A stretch of DNA of 64,000 nucleotides, taken from Octopus sinensis (lineage: Eukaryota). The notes below the pieces were generated by a model that was given only the letters and a program-made list of their open reading frames with translations, was not told the DNA's origin and ran no database searches. Shown piece after piece: positions 39,241 to 52,776 of the stretch; the first letter of the stretch is position 1; each line of letters starts with the position of its first letter. A program made the position numbers and the translations under genes. The stretch is from positions 24,428,001-24,492,000 of the forward strand of contig NC_043004.1 in NCBI RefSeq assembly GCF_006345805.1, read 5' to 3'.

Positions 39241-41167
39241 ACAGAAAGCAAAGATGGTAAGATACGACCAAAGAATGAAGGGTTACCACCAGAATAGGTT
39301 ATTGAGAGTAGATCAGAAAAGATTCTATTAAGAATCTTACCCTGCGAAACTTTTTGCCTATAAGTATGAGATCGTGGAGAATCACACTAACTTTGTACAG
39401 TGACAATGAATCTCTAAATGCTGGCGATGTAAAAGTTTCATGTGGCATTTTCGAGGGTGACTCACTGTCACCACTCCTCTTTTGTTTAACCTTAATAGCC
39501 TCACTCGAAATTGCTCAATGATGTACAGTGCAGTTATAAAATGCTTGATAAAAATATAAACCATCTCATTTACATGGATGATTTAAAGCTCTTTGCAAAA
39601 AATGACCAACAACTCAAGGGCTTATTGGCGATTGTTAAACAATTCAATGATGACATCAGGATGCAATTTGGCCTCGATAAATGTGCAAAAGCTACCTTTG
39701 TGAAAGGGAAAATGACAGAAACATCTAACGTTAACCTTGACAAGTAGAATGTCATAAAAGTGTTAGAACCAGCGGTGAGCTACAAATACGTAGCAGTATT
39801 TGAAGGGGACGGAATCAAACATTATTCAGTGATGAGGGAAAGGATCAGAAGCGAATGTTATCGTAGGGTGAGAGCAATACTCAAGACAAAGCTGAATGCA
39901 AGAAGCAGGATCGAAGCGATCAATACTTTAGCCATACCAGTCGTGACTTACAGTTTCAATATCGTAAACTAGTCAATTACTGAAATATGTAATCTTGACA
40001 GAAAGATATGAAAATTGTTGACAATGCGTAGAATGCACCACCCTAAGACAGATATAGAACGTTATCTGCCAAGAAAAGAGGGAGGCCGTGCACTTTTACA
40101 ACTGGTATAACAATGAAGATTGCCACAATTGGCCTAGACACCTACCTGAAAACTGTGAGGAATGGACGTTAAAACTTGTCTCAAAACATGAAAACAAGAA
40201 AGCATCATTTTCAGAAACAAAACAGGCAAAGGAATATATAAGTGAAATGCAAATACAAATTCCAGAATTTGACGTACTATAAAACAAGCAGAGAAAAGGC
40301 TAAGCGCATGAAAACCCGCGCTAAAACTGTTGCCTTAGATATTCTTACTGATAAATGGCCTCTCAGTGGCAAATACCCAAAGAGAGTGAATAATGACTAA
40401 TGGCTTCTAGTTTAAAATCAGAAACAGAAGGGTTTATCATAGCAGCCCAAGATCAATGCTCACCTACAAGAAACTTCCAGGCCAACATATTAAAGAATGG
40501 TAGCTTCTCAACATGTCGTGTATGTCAACAACAAAATGACACCATTGATCATGTTGCCTCCATGCGCAGTCTTCTTGCGCCGACAGAGTATATCAACAAG
40601 CATGATAGAGCTGCACAATATATTCACTGGGTAATTTTCAAAAACCTGACCCTGCCTCGTGATAAAAACTAGTGGGAACACAGACCACACCCAGTACTTG
40701 AAAATGATCACATCGCACTCCTCTGGAACTTCATCATTCAAACTGACAGAAAGATAGATGCAAATAGGCCAGACATCATATTGAAATACTTCAAACAAAA
40801 ATCATGTCTCCTCATTAATATGACTGTCCCAATCGATATAAACGTATCTGTCAAGACCTACAACAATACCTGTTGACTACAACAATACCTGTTGTCATAG
40901 GTGCCCTAGGAATGATAGCAAAAGGGGCTAATTGCTACCTAGCTCAGATACCAGGAAACCCCCAAATGGCAAAAGATAGTATTCATAGGAAGTGCCCATA
41001 TCTTACGGAAAATACTGACTATGTATTCTCAAATTTTAAAACAAACTTATAATTTTCTTATGGTTTCTTAAACATTCTCTAGAACAATACTATGTTCAAA
41101 ACCAAGTATATTATACCCTAGGCATAACACCAGCATGAACTTGTAACTTGATGTCTCTTGAGGTCTT
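39241..41167 (+). mobile_element. R4/Dong LINE pseudogene (RT, CCHC, RLE domains and partial 3' UTR)
   Basis: GIFEGDSLSPLLF, INHLIYMDDLKLFAK, FGLDKCA, AINTLAIPVVTYS, ETEGFIIAAQDQ, CRVC....TIDH, LLWNFIIQTDRKIDANRPDII; stops, frameshifts and deletions present. Begins at (TAA)n. Confidence 0.92.
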
Positions 41168-41185
41168 TTAGGGTTAGGGTTAGGG
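41168..41185 (+). repeat. interstitial telomeric repeat (TTAGGG)3
   Basis: ttagggttagggttaggg followed by gttgg. Confidence 0.8.
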
Positions 41186-41379
41186 GTTGGACGTATGAGT
41201 GCTCAGCATTAGTTGAATGACCTGAACACATGATATGTTTATAAATATCAAACGTATGTGTTGTATATTATCTCACTCCCTCCATCGAATCATTGCCTGA
41301 ATTCATTGCTTGAAGAGGTGCAAGGCATGCCACGCATCAGTTGTCGAAGTAATCGCCGAGCAACGTCAGATGAAGAGTT

Positions 41380-41917
41380 TCAAATTTTGGAACAAGGTCC
41401 GTAATTTCGGTGGAGGGGTTAAGTTGATTATATGAACCCCAATGCTCCACTTGTACTAATTCTATCGAAATCGAATTTATGAAAAGCAAAGTTAACCTCA
41501 AGTGGAGTCGCAATGGCCCAGTTGTTAGAGCAGTGGACTCGCGGTCGGAGGATCGCGGTTTTGATTTCCAGACCGGGTGTTGTGCGTGTTTATTGAGCGA
41601 AAACACCTAAAGGAAGCTCTACGACGCTCTGGCATGTGGGTGGCGACCCCTCTTGCATAACACCAGCATGAACTTTCGCCCCAACTTTCCTTTACTCTCT
41701 CTTCCTGTTTCTTGAGTAACGCTGCAATGGACTGGCGTCCTGTCCAGTTGGGGGAACACACACGCCACAGAAACCGGGAAACCGGGCCCATGAGCCTTGC
41801 TAGGCTTGGAAAGGCTTGGAAATAAATAAAATAAAGTTGACCTCAGAACATACAGACGGATGAAATGTCGTAAGCATTTTGCCTGGCGTGCTAACGATTC
41901 TGACTGCTCGCCGCTTT
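41380..41917 (-). mobile_element. SINE family A interrupted by a family C insertion
   Basis: 3' half at 41380-41500; head at 41833-41917 (gcctggcgtgctaacgattctgactgctcgccgc). Confidence 0.8.
41503..41832 (+). mobile_element. SINE family C (tRNA-Arg-like head), full length
   Basis: gcaatggcccagttgttagagcagtggactcgcggtc...ggttttgatttcc; (aaat)n tail. Flanked by aaagtt(a/g)acctca at 41488-41500 and 41833-41845, a probable TSD. Confidence 0.9.
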
Positions 41918-41939
41918 AATGATAATAATAATAATAATA

Positions 41940-41989
<50 letters not shown>

Positions 41990-41990
<1 letters not shown>

Positions 41991-42353
41991 GATGATGCAA
42001 TACCAGACGATTCGAAGTTGAAATGTAAGGAAACAGAAAAGATTGAGAAATACCAGCTACTGCAGGGCGAGATAGGAAAGTTATGGGGCATGATGAAAGT
42101 AATGGTGATAATGGTGGTAATTGAAATATTAGGAGCATTTTCCAAGAGCTTTGAAAAACATATTAAGAATATTGGAGTTGCTGTCAGGCTCGAAGTGATC
42201 CAGAAGACAGTATTGTTGGGTTCAGCTCGCATTCTAAAGAGAATATTGTCTCTTTGAATCACAGGAGAAGGCACTATTTGAACACTTTGGGCGATTTGTT
42301 ATTGCCTTCTTTCAAGTAAAGAACAACCGGAAATTAAGAACTATCCGAGACGC

Positions 42354-42355
<2 letters not shown>
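41990..42355 (+). mobile_element. short 5'-truncated R4/Dong 3' end
   Basis: IDDAIPDDSKLKCKETEKIEKYQLLQGEIGKLW...IQKTVLLGSARILKRIL, then a short UTR and (TAA)n. Confidence 0.85.
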
Positions 42356-42417
<62 letters not shown>

Positions 42418-42982
42418 TAATAATAATGATGATGATAATAGATAACTGCAGCAAAAATGTAAAATGCGATTTATACAAATAAATATTCGGAGCAAAGATG
42501 ATATAAAGGAGTATGGCTAGAATTTGCTATTTAGAAAAGTACAAAAAAATCCAGCGTACAAAACAGACACGCTTCCCGGGAGAGAAATCATCGTCACATA
42601 AACTTAAAATACCCGAATAGAAAATAGAAAAATAAAACAATATGTAAAAGCTAGAGAGTAATATTACGGCGATATTCTACGGTGAGACTGTTTAATACAT
42701 GGCACTGCTTACACGTCTGTTTCGAATCTTTTTGATATATGCAGTAAAGATCAACCACGCTATTTTTAAAACGGAGATGAAGCGGCGTTGTTTACATAAT
42801 ACTAAGTAATAAATATAAGAAAAACGAAATGTGGAACACAGAAATAGAAGAGATAATGTAAAGAAATTACAACGAAGAAAACAATAAACAAAAATCAAAT
42901 AAATCGTTCCGAGGAAAAGGGAACAAAATTCATAAACATGATAAACATACGTAGAAGGAAAAGTTTAAGGACAGCAAAAATA

Positions 42983-43345
42983 ACTGGTAAGAAGTTTGCT
43001 TCCCAACCACATGGTTCCAGGTTCAGTCGACTTTGTGGCATCTGAGTCAAATGTGTTTTGTCCCAAACCTTATGAATGGATTTGGTAGACGGAATTTGAA
43101 AGAAGCTCGTTGTGTGGGTGTGTGTCTATGTCTCTGTGTCTCTGTGTGCGCGCGCACGTGTTTGTGTCTGTCTCCATCACTGCTTGACATCAAATTCTGG
43201 TATGTTCATATCCCCCGCAACTTAGTGGTTCAGCAAAAGACACCGATAGAATAAGTCACAAGCTTTAAAAAAAAACATTTAAAGAATTAGTGGGGGTCGA
43301 TTCATTCCACTAAAATTTTTCTGTCTAATGACAGAAACAAAAATA
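42983..43345 (+). mobile_element. SINE family B, diverged
   Basis: tggtaagaagtttgcttcccaaccacatggttccaggttcagtc...ggatttggtagacggaa...caccgatagaataag. Confidence 0.85.
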
Positions 43346-44257
43346 AAAAATTAAACGTATGTGTGATACTAAGAAGGAGAGTAAACTCATGGTTTATCTT
43401 CACTACCAAAAAGCATTTTCCTGTGGTGCCCTGATCCTCTCTGCAAATTTAAGTTGTAACAAAGAGTTTGGCTCCATTTATGCAGGAACATCAAAACATG
43501 ATATGATTTAATCTAAATCAGGTCAAGACAAAAAGTTATATGTGCAATAAAGTCAATAGCTAACAGAGTAAACAAACGAATACGATAAACCTTCTTCACT
43601 CCTCGTGTGTTTTACTCAGCGATGGAGGATGTTGTGACTTTAAGGCCCTTAAGTGTGAAGTTCACACTGAAGAGCCACAATTAACTGAATATAGTCCCAT
43701 TTGCACAAATGTTGGAAGGAGATAAGAAAGAATATTGATTAATATTTTAAATTGAGATAGTTGCTAACAACATCCAAGCGGCTTCAGTAATAACTTGCAA
43801 CTATATTATATTGCACCGGAAATAAAGTGAATTAGCACGAACTGATAGAATAACAAGATAAATTACACTATTCAACATACTTCACAATAAGCCAATCATT
43901 AATAATATATAGGTTTACTATAGACATAAGTGGTATACATTTCTGGAATTAGAAAAAGATAAAATTAATTCAGATTCATAAAAAAAATACTTAGTAGAAG
44001 ATTAAAGTAATATAAATGTAAATAATACGTGATTAACTCGTATATTGGAAACTTTTTTCTGCCAACAAGAAAATTGACATGAACCAAACAGAAGTATAGT
44101 TGTCGAATATTTATGAGAAAAAAAGTATGTAGAGTTTCAAATGTAAAAAATACCTTTGATGAAAGTAAAACAATGTGAACGACAATTTTTTTCAAGATAA
44201 GACCTTTGCAACTAGAGATATTACAAATACATGCATACATACATAAATACGTATGTG

Positions 44258-44318
<61 letters not shown>

Positions 44319-44321
44319 CAG

Positions 44322-44472
44322 AGAACAAAGTGTGATCCGGTTCTTGACTGAGGATAGAAAGCTTCGAATGACCCGTCCTTGTTTTTTTGTATCGTCTTTC
44401 TGGATGTTTTGTTGTCCCTTTTTGTATCACCTAGTTGTCCGGGTGTTTTGCGTTCTTTTCCCTTTTTGTATT

Positions 44473-44475
<3 letters not shown>
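44322..44475 (+). mobile_element. short repeat in (TA)n, possibly a LINE 3' tail
   Basis: T-rich segment with an internal duplicated motif (ggatgtttttgttgtccctttttgtat / gggtgttttgcgttcttttccctttttgtat) between two (TA)n tracts. Family assignment is tentative. Confidence 0.4.
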
Positions 44476-44533
<58 letters not shown>

Positions 44534-45308
44534 TTGTATATATTTACATGTAAAAAAGAAACATTCGAAACTACAATTGCGACATACTTGGCAGAGACAG
44601 TAGGAGCGCTCTCAGTTATAAAGATGATAGGGATATTTCAGCGAAAGAGAGAACATCCGTGAAGATGTTTCGAAATCTTCAGCTTCTCTTTACCTGCAGC
44701 TTTAATAATCGATGTACTTCATTACGTTATAAATATTTTCAGCAATACTGTTGAAGCGCTTGGATTTTCAGGTGAAGATATCGGTCGGCCAACATGACAA
44801 ATTCGATCTCAAAGAGGAATAGTACAAAAACTAAACGAAACACTTCTCTGGTTTAAGCTGAAACTCTTTAATGTTGCTGTTCAAATTTTAGCGAGTGAGT
44901 ATTGTTTCTTTGTTACAAACAAGTCATGTCTTTATTTGTAATCTTTAACATTTATGATCTCAAATGAATTGCACGTGCTCTTTAAATCTTAAGAATAATC
45001 TTTTTAAGGTTCTAACCAGTGGATGAAGAACAGCGCTCAGGTCGCTTTTCAAAGTATTCAATTCTTGTGAGGTTGAAGAAGACAGAGTATAATACATAGA
45101 TCAGCGTCCTAGCCCGGTTGCTTGCGACACAATATACTCCTCAACAAGTCAAACAAATTGTCTGTAAGCACTAGACGATGCCAAATACTCAAGAAATTAA
45201 GTCCACCATACATTGATGGATAATAATCCTTTCTACTAGAAGTACAAGGCCTGAGGGACATTATATCGATACAAAATAACGCAAACAACTAAGTCTCCCG
45301 AGTAATTT

Positions 45309-45382
<74 letters not shown>

Positions 45383-45433
45383 CCACATGCGTACTACATA
45401 CATGCATATGCATATATACATGTGTATGTATGC

Positions 45434-45488
<55 letters not shown>

Positions 45489-46609
45489 AGTCATATATAT
45501 ATATATCAGAAAAGAAGCACACACAAAAGAACAGAGCAGTAATTTTTTTATATCTTGAACATAGAGTCACCCAAGTTTTCGTATCCGCAAATTCCAAAGC
45601 CGTCAAACTCTATATAAAGACAGCAATTTTAAATTTCTACGTCGCAGACGTGGGGAAACACTCAGAAATCGAGAAATGGTCTTAACACAAAAACGTTAAT
45701 GAGGACGAGTTGTCTCCTCTGTACCAGAGGACACAACACTCATAAACCCGAAAAGGCCTAACCAACAAACTGGGAGACCCAATTTTCCAGTAGGTAGCGC
45801 TTGGAGTGGACACATTTAGAAAACGCTTCTTTACGACTATTTAACGCGTCAGGATTTGCGTAGTCCTTTTGGCTCTCTCTTCGATGCAGATCTTGCAACG
45901 GCCACTTCCATTAATATTTGGACCCGAATGATCAGTTATTTTCGCCTGATATCACACAGGGTACCTTGATCTTTGAGGTCCCACACATGGCGGGCCAGCG
46001 ATGTGATAAATCGTCTTTCTGGGACTCTGAAGGATGACTGGAGGTTAAGAAAACGCCGTTTGAAAGAAGTACTGGCAGATCCAATATAATTTCAAACAAG
46101 GCCATATTCGCAACATATGGTGCGGGGCCTGTCATCCCATCCAGGATTAGTCATCATCTGTAGGTGTGGCAATTGTACTAGTTGTAACTTATCTTGCGGA
46201 CCTGGTCACTCTATCTGCGTCTATAGTTTGCTCATTTTCTGTGACGGTGGTACTGGGTTCATCGATGACGCCCTCTGTAACACTGGTCCAGGACTGGTTA
46301 TTATCCCTGGGCGCGGCAATTGTACCGGTGTGAAATCTGGTTAATCTGCTAAAATTGCTGTTGGATGATGCATTACTGTTAATGAGGGTAGCAGTCTAGG
46401 TATCACCGTAGCATCCTTGGGGACCCATGCAGCCGCGCATCGGCCTTCTGTTGGAAAGTTATTATATACCCTGAAAAAGCAATCTGCCTCATCCATTGTA
46501 TTGTGGGTACTTGTTAAAATGTTTTTATGTTAGGCGCACAACTAAAGGAGACTCACAGGTTATGCCTGTTAAATATATGTATGTATATATGTGGGTGTAA
46601 AATGTTTAT

Positions 46610-46947
46610 CTATCAATCTAAGGGAAATCTTTCCCAAACAAGTCTTGACGTTGTGCGAGAAGTGTGGAGCAAACTAAACGACATTTCTGGGGCGCTTCTT
46701 TTACCAGGTGCTAGCGTTAGGTTTGTAGGAGATGCAGTACTTAAGCCCACGCGATGCCAGTACCTCATTGTAGGAGTGGGGGCAACGGCGTCGAATATAT
46801 CTTGACTCGAGGATAGATTCGGTATTCTCTTGCATACACCTTTCACTAGGTTCTTGAAAACTATAGTTGGATACCAGGAGGTTGTGCTAATGTAAGGCCT
46901 GTATATACCAGAGTCCATATTTAAGTTAGTATCAATACTAGACGATC
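46610..46947 (-). mobile_element. Penelope-like RT thumb remnant
   Basis: DTNLNMDSGIYRPY...YPTIVFKNLVKGVCKRIPNLSSSQDIFDAVAP. Confidence 0.75.
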
Positions 46948-47149
46948 GCAATTTTTTTGTCACTATAGTATGGCTGGTGTATAGAGAACTATGATACTAC
47001 ATTTTAACCCCAGGAAAATTTCTTTTCCAGCTGTTTAACGTCACACAGCCTGCGTCGTTAACCAGCTGGAAAAGACGTTTTCTTAGGGTTAAAATGTAGT
47101 AAACTAGTTCATTATAGAACAGCCATGCTATAGTGGCAAAAAATATTGC
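46948..47149. repeat. ~200-bp imperfect palindrome
   Basis: Arms 46948-47040 and 47056-47149; the inner 45 bp match at 40 positions by eye; 15-nt spacer. Confidence 0.9.
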
Positions 47150-47439
47150 TATATTTGTGTGTATGTGTGTGGATGTTTATATATATGTATATATGTGCAT
47201 GTATGTGTGTGTATGTACGTATGTATGTATCTGAACATATGTACGAAGATAAGATAAAAACATTCGATTTTGTTATAATTAAAGCAGACAGTTCGAATAT
47301 CAACACGTAAAACCAAAATTAATATATATCGACTGGGACTGTAATAAAACAAGTAGCAATTTATTCTGAAATGGCACTGAAAATTAACGATTGCCCTTTA
47401 ATGATAGGTTGGCTTCTCGGAAACTGAATATATTCTTTT

Positions 47440-47827
47440 CTTTTATTTTTTTACTTGTTTCAGTCATTTAACTGCAGCCATGCTGGAGCACCGCCTTTAG
47501 TCGAGTAAATCGACCCCAGGACTTATTCTTCGTAAGTCTAGTACTTATTCTATCGGTCTCTTTTGCCGAACCGCTAATGTTACGGGGACGAAAGCACACC
47601 AGCATCGGTTGTCAAGCGATGTTGGGGGACAACACATGCACATACACACGCACACATATACATATATACGACGGGATTCTTTCAGTTTCCGTCAACCAAA
47701 TCCTCTCTCAAGGCTTTGGTCGCCCCGAGGCTATAGTAGAAGACACTTGCCCAAGGTGTCACGCAGTGGGGCTGAACCCGGAACCATATGGTTGGTAAGC
47801 AAGCTACTTACTACATAGCCATTCCTG
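47440..47827 (-). mobile_element. SINE family B, full length
   Basis: Colinear with 3760-4158. Confidence 0.9.
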
Positions 47828-47924
47828 GCTAAATATTAACCAAAAGCGATATACTGTGGATGCACATACAATATCCACACTAACGAAACACGCCAAATGG
47901 AGCCTGTTTACACACACACACATG

Positions 47925-47959
<35 letters not shown>

Positions 47960-47991
47960 GTATGTATATATATATATATATATATACATAT

Positions 47992-48085
<94 letters not shown>

Positions 48086-48442
48086 ATATATCTTATTTAT
48101 GATATATAAATAATATATCTTTCTATCTTTCTGTATGTTAGAGAATATGTTTACAGATGTACATATGAGTGTTCATGTGTATACGTGTGAATGTAAGTGC
48201 ACACAGTAATTTGACGTTGGTACTAGAGAATGGAACACTGAAATCAAATTATTCATGAATAACCAGCAATTGGAAGCGATAAATATCAAGATTCAACTCG
48301 TTTGGATATAGAAGGATATTGTTAAATAACAGCAATAAAATCATAAACCCATTGAGTTGCTTGACTCTGCACTATCATTATATATTTCCAATGCTAATGT
48401 ACTAGAATCAATACATCTATAATATATATGTCATGTGTGTAC

Positions 48443-48480
<38 letters not shown>

Positions 48481-50994
48481 TATATATATTATATATATAT
48501 ATATATATTATATATATATGTATGTATATATACATATATTCCATATATTATAAACATACATTACATATATTTATATATGCATACATATTTGTATGTATGT
48601 ATATATATATATATATAAATGTATGCATGTATATGTGCACGTATGCACATATACATATATATATATATATACAAACGCATGCATGCATGAATGCATACAT
48701 GTGCCTACACACGTATATATATATATATATATATATACGTACGTACATATATATACATGTACATATGCATATATACATATATATGTATGTGTATGTGAGT
48801 GTGAGTGTGTGTGTGCGCGTGTGTGTTTGTGCTTTAATATGTTTAGTATGTAAACAAACATACTAACACATACGGAATGCACACGTATGCTATAGCTGTA
48901 AGCCATAATGACAGTTATAAGGACTTCGACCATTTAATAAAGGCCTCTAGGCCAAGACTCTCTAAAGGGGGAGGAACTAGTATCGGATACTGAAGTCCTA
49001 AAGTTACACTATTCCTATAATCCATAGTTTCAGTCTAGCAACATTGAAGTCAAAAGTCGAATTCGCTATGGTATCAACTTAGAACTTAAAATAAGCAATT
49101 AAATATTATTGGACGTTTAACCTACTACTCTACTTCTTTCCTGTGTCCACTCCAAACTTTTTAATGATAAGACGAATTATTTATTTGGTTGTGCGGAAAA
49201 TATATTTTAATTATGCTCCAAATACTATACTAGATATATTAATGAATTTTATTACCATTTCCCTTTCGACTTTGTTTTTGTGTATAACTAGTCTTAAGCT
49301 AGATTCCAAAATAATACAAAAGAGAACTAAACACCTCTAAAAAGATCGCCAAAGGCAATTCACTTATATACATTGTTATCGTTTTGACGGTTTGTTTTAA
49401 ATTTTAGTTAAATCAAAATTTTCTTTTTTACGATTGCTGTAATACGTCAGTGAGATTATATTTCGTCCCTGTCACTAGTGTTTTTACAGCCGCAACAGTT
49501 GGTTTTCTGGTAAATGTATTATCCACACCCATTGATATACAGGGGGTTTAAGCTGTGGTTTGTAAACGTCGCTGCTTCTTTCAAAGACAGAGAAAAGATA
49601 TATGCAACAGCTCTAGCGTAATATATACGGAAACTCAATGACATTAACAAAAATTACAATAATATTGGACTAGAGACTGATGTTTGTGCGTAGCGGAGGA
49701 GATGTACGAATACAACATAAAACCGCATAAGAGCATCTTAGTGCGCGCTCGGGATGCTTCTGAGTATACTGTCACCTTCACAAGCGCCACTTAAAATTTG
49801 GAATCTAAAAGATGCGTCCAAAAGACTTAAGGCTCCATGACATTATATCAGTAGCGACTCTTCTTTCCTATATTCACATATCGAGAAGGTTATAGCACAA
49901 CTTAACCCCTCTCTACCTCCCCTCTTTATCTCCCTCTTACTCTTCCTCTATCCCCCACACACACTCTTCTCTACTCTCTACACCCTCTCTCCCCACTCTC
50001 CCACCTTCTCCTGCCAAATCTCCCACTTTCTCCTCCCCACTCTCCCTCTCTTTCATATTCTCTCTCTCACACACTTTTTCTCTTCCTCTTCCTGTAACTG
50101 TGATTATGCTCTTCCGTTTGTGCTCACAAGTTACCAGGGAGTGAGAGAGGGTATGCGTTAGTCAACAAGGAGTGCTCGATTTCGTGTGAGTCATTTAGAC
50201 CAAACAGATTTAATAAGATCGAACTTCAAGACATTACCCACAAAGAACACTTCTTTCTAATGTGCATTTTTATCACACATCTATGTGAAATTCCTCAATC
50301 TCTATTGTAAGCAGCGTATCATACCATCCGTATTTGAATCTATGTTAGTACTGCAAGTGTATGACTACTTGAATGAGTGTAGAGGGGGTCACTGTATGGC
50401 CTTATAACATAATAACTGAACCAATAGCCTACATGTGTGTACACTGATGTTAGAATAGCAAAAGCTATACAGAACATTCATCCTTTATCCGTTATACAAT
50501 TCACCGCCAATGCACAGTAAACAATGGAGACAACTCTGTAAGCCAAGAAATTTCATTCTACTTTTCATTTATAATAAGTAGATTTTCCTTATTAAAAAGA
50601 AATGCGTTTTAAACATGGTGGAAACAGAACCAACATGATTCTAACATTAAAATATTTAAAGAAACAGTATTAGCCACTCTGAGGACTGCTTGTTGTAAAT
50701 TGTGTTGCAACAATGAAACTGCTACTCATTGCCGTGCTTTGAACCTTTGTACTGTACGTAAATATATTCATTCAATAGAAGTATTTTATTTTTATTTTAC
50801 TTCTTTCATCCCTTTGAGACATATACGTTTAACTGTCTGTGTGTCAGTGTGTACTTCTTGTGTGCGGTGTCTGTGTATGAATATATTTATATATGTTTGT
50901 ATAAATATATATTATATATATATATATATAATATATAATAGAGGGATGTGTTCATATGTCTATATATGAACATATATATGTAAGTATAAACATA

Positions 50995-51030
<36 letters not shown>

Positions 51031-51033
51031 AGC

Positions 51034-51143
<110 letters not shown>

Positions 51144-51389
51144 CATGTGCGTGTATTTACGTGCGCGCGGTGTGTGAGGGTGAGTGCGACTAATGTTTAT
51201 ATTAAGATTACTTCGAATCTATTAAATAAATATCCGGGCAAAAGCAAATTGATTTCGCATGTGCTTTAATCTTGGACATTTCCCTGACTGATAGCTTTAA
51301 CGTTCAAAATGTTTTGAGTACACGACAAAAAAAGGTAATGACTTGCTTTATTTGGGAACTTTCATTTCGTTTCCTGGCTTTCAAAGCAG

Positions 51390-51694
51390 ATTTGACGGTA
51401 TAGGCCGTGGGAAGATTTATTGCTACAGGAAGGAACAAAAAAGCTGCAAGCGAAATTAAAAGTATACAAAGAATATATCGAGAACCAGAAATTGAACATT
51501 CAGCTGCCAATGATTTATTATATTTCTTCGGTCAATAGCAAAGACACATCCATCATTGTGAATATATTTGTTATCATAATTGGTACTTTGATATTGGTGA
51601 TACAGGCTTACACATAGAAAGCTCTAGACAGCAACAAAATTCAAAAGAATAAAGAGAATGCAAACAGTTCCATTTGCCACAGCATTATATAAAG
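51390..51694 (+). other. possible exon (5' UTR/first coding exon or lncRNA)
   Basis: Non-repetitive sequence between a pyrimidine tract with AAGCAG acceptor (51384-51389) and a consensus donor AAG|GTAAGT. ATG at 51658 gives MQTVPFATALYK into a phase-1 intron. No recognised homology. Confidence 0.25.
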
Positions 51695-51984
51695 GTAAGT
51701 GCAAGAGCAATTTCACTATAAATCTTGAGTTGAAGATTTATAGATAAGGAATATTATTTTAATATTTTTTTGCAATGCGTCAACATATTTAAAAAAATTA
51801 TTTTGCATTTGTTTTCAATAGAAAATATCTAATAGATAATACTTAAAGAAACAATATAAAATTGGCAAGTGTAGACCTAATAAAAATATGAATATTACGT
51901 ATATTTACGCTTTAACTAGTTGTTGTTGTTGTTGTGGTGGTGCTGGTGGTGGTGGTGGTGGTGGTGGTGGTGGTGATGGTGGTT

Positions 51985-52170
51985 TAGGCAAAGGCCAGCA
52001 GTTATGAATCGATTGAGCTAGTCGATTATATCGAATCCTCTATATACTGGTAATCTACTTTATCTACTCCCGGAGGGAAGATAAGCAAGGCTGACCTTGG
52101 CGAAATCTGAAATCAGAATGTTAAGAAGCAGAAGAAATTCTGGAAGATATTTGCTTTTACGCTTGGCTGA
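51985..52170 (-). mobile_element. highly diverged SINE family A
   Basis: agtcgattatatcga...actggta...gcaaggctgaccttggcgaaatctgaaatcagaatg. Confidence 0.55.
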
Positions 52171-52716
52171 TCCATTCACGCATCATTTGTTTCTACGAAC
52201 ATATATACAGTATAGCGCAAATATTTTGACTGATATTGGGCAGCCATGCACTGAGACTGTGTCATGTGAAGAGATTTCGGTGTGACGAGAGGTTTGTAAG
52301 ATGCGTTTTCTTAATGATGAGGTTGCAATCATTGAACAAGCGGTATGAACGAATGCCCGGTTCCTAGTATATGATCGGACATTCAGCATTTTCTGCCATT
52401 CCTACAATACGATCCGTTGTTCATTAATATTTCTATTCTATAGGGTGTTAAAGATCAGCACGAGCCAGTATTCTCAGGTAAACTCCAGATAGCTAAATAT
52501 CAACTAAACAACCTAGTCTGTAAAACTTCTGCTCAAAGACTACTCAAAACTTCAGAGACCTCTGACATAACAGTGCTCGTGGATGTGAAATTGTTAGTTA
52601 GAGATAAACTATAAATGGAATGTAGCGCTGTGGGCCGAACCTTTCGGAGATGCGCCGAAACACAAAACCGTTCAGCACACATTCGTTCAATGCATAGGTA
52701 TTGTGAGTCATGTCTG

Positions 52717-52776
<60 letters not shown>

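Noticed and set aside
41503-41575. tRNA-like A/B-box sequences at SINE heads
   Set aside because: They continue into SINE bodies and lack proper cloverleaf arms, so they are not tRNA genes.
42560-42730. Hammerhead-like fragments on the minus strand (GUGACGA...GAAGCGUGUC; GAAACAGACGU)
   Set aside because: Several core mismatches and no convincing stems I and II.
46117-46344. GC-richer ORF region with a duplicated ~50-bp motif (PGLVII..RGNCT)
   Set aside because: No recognisable domain; probably a decayed TE segment, but it cannot be assigned.
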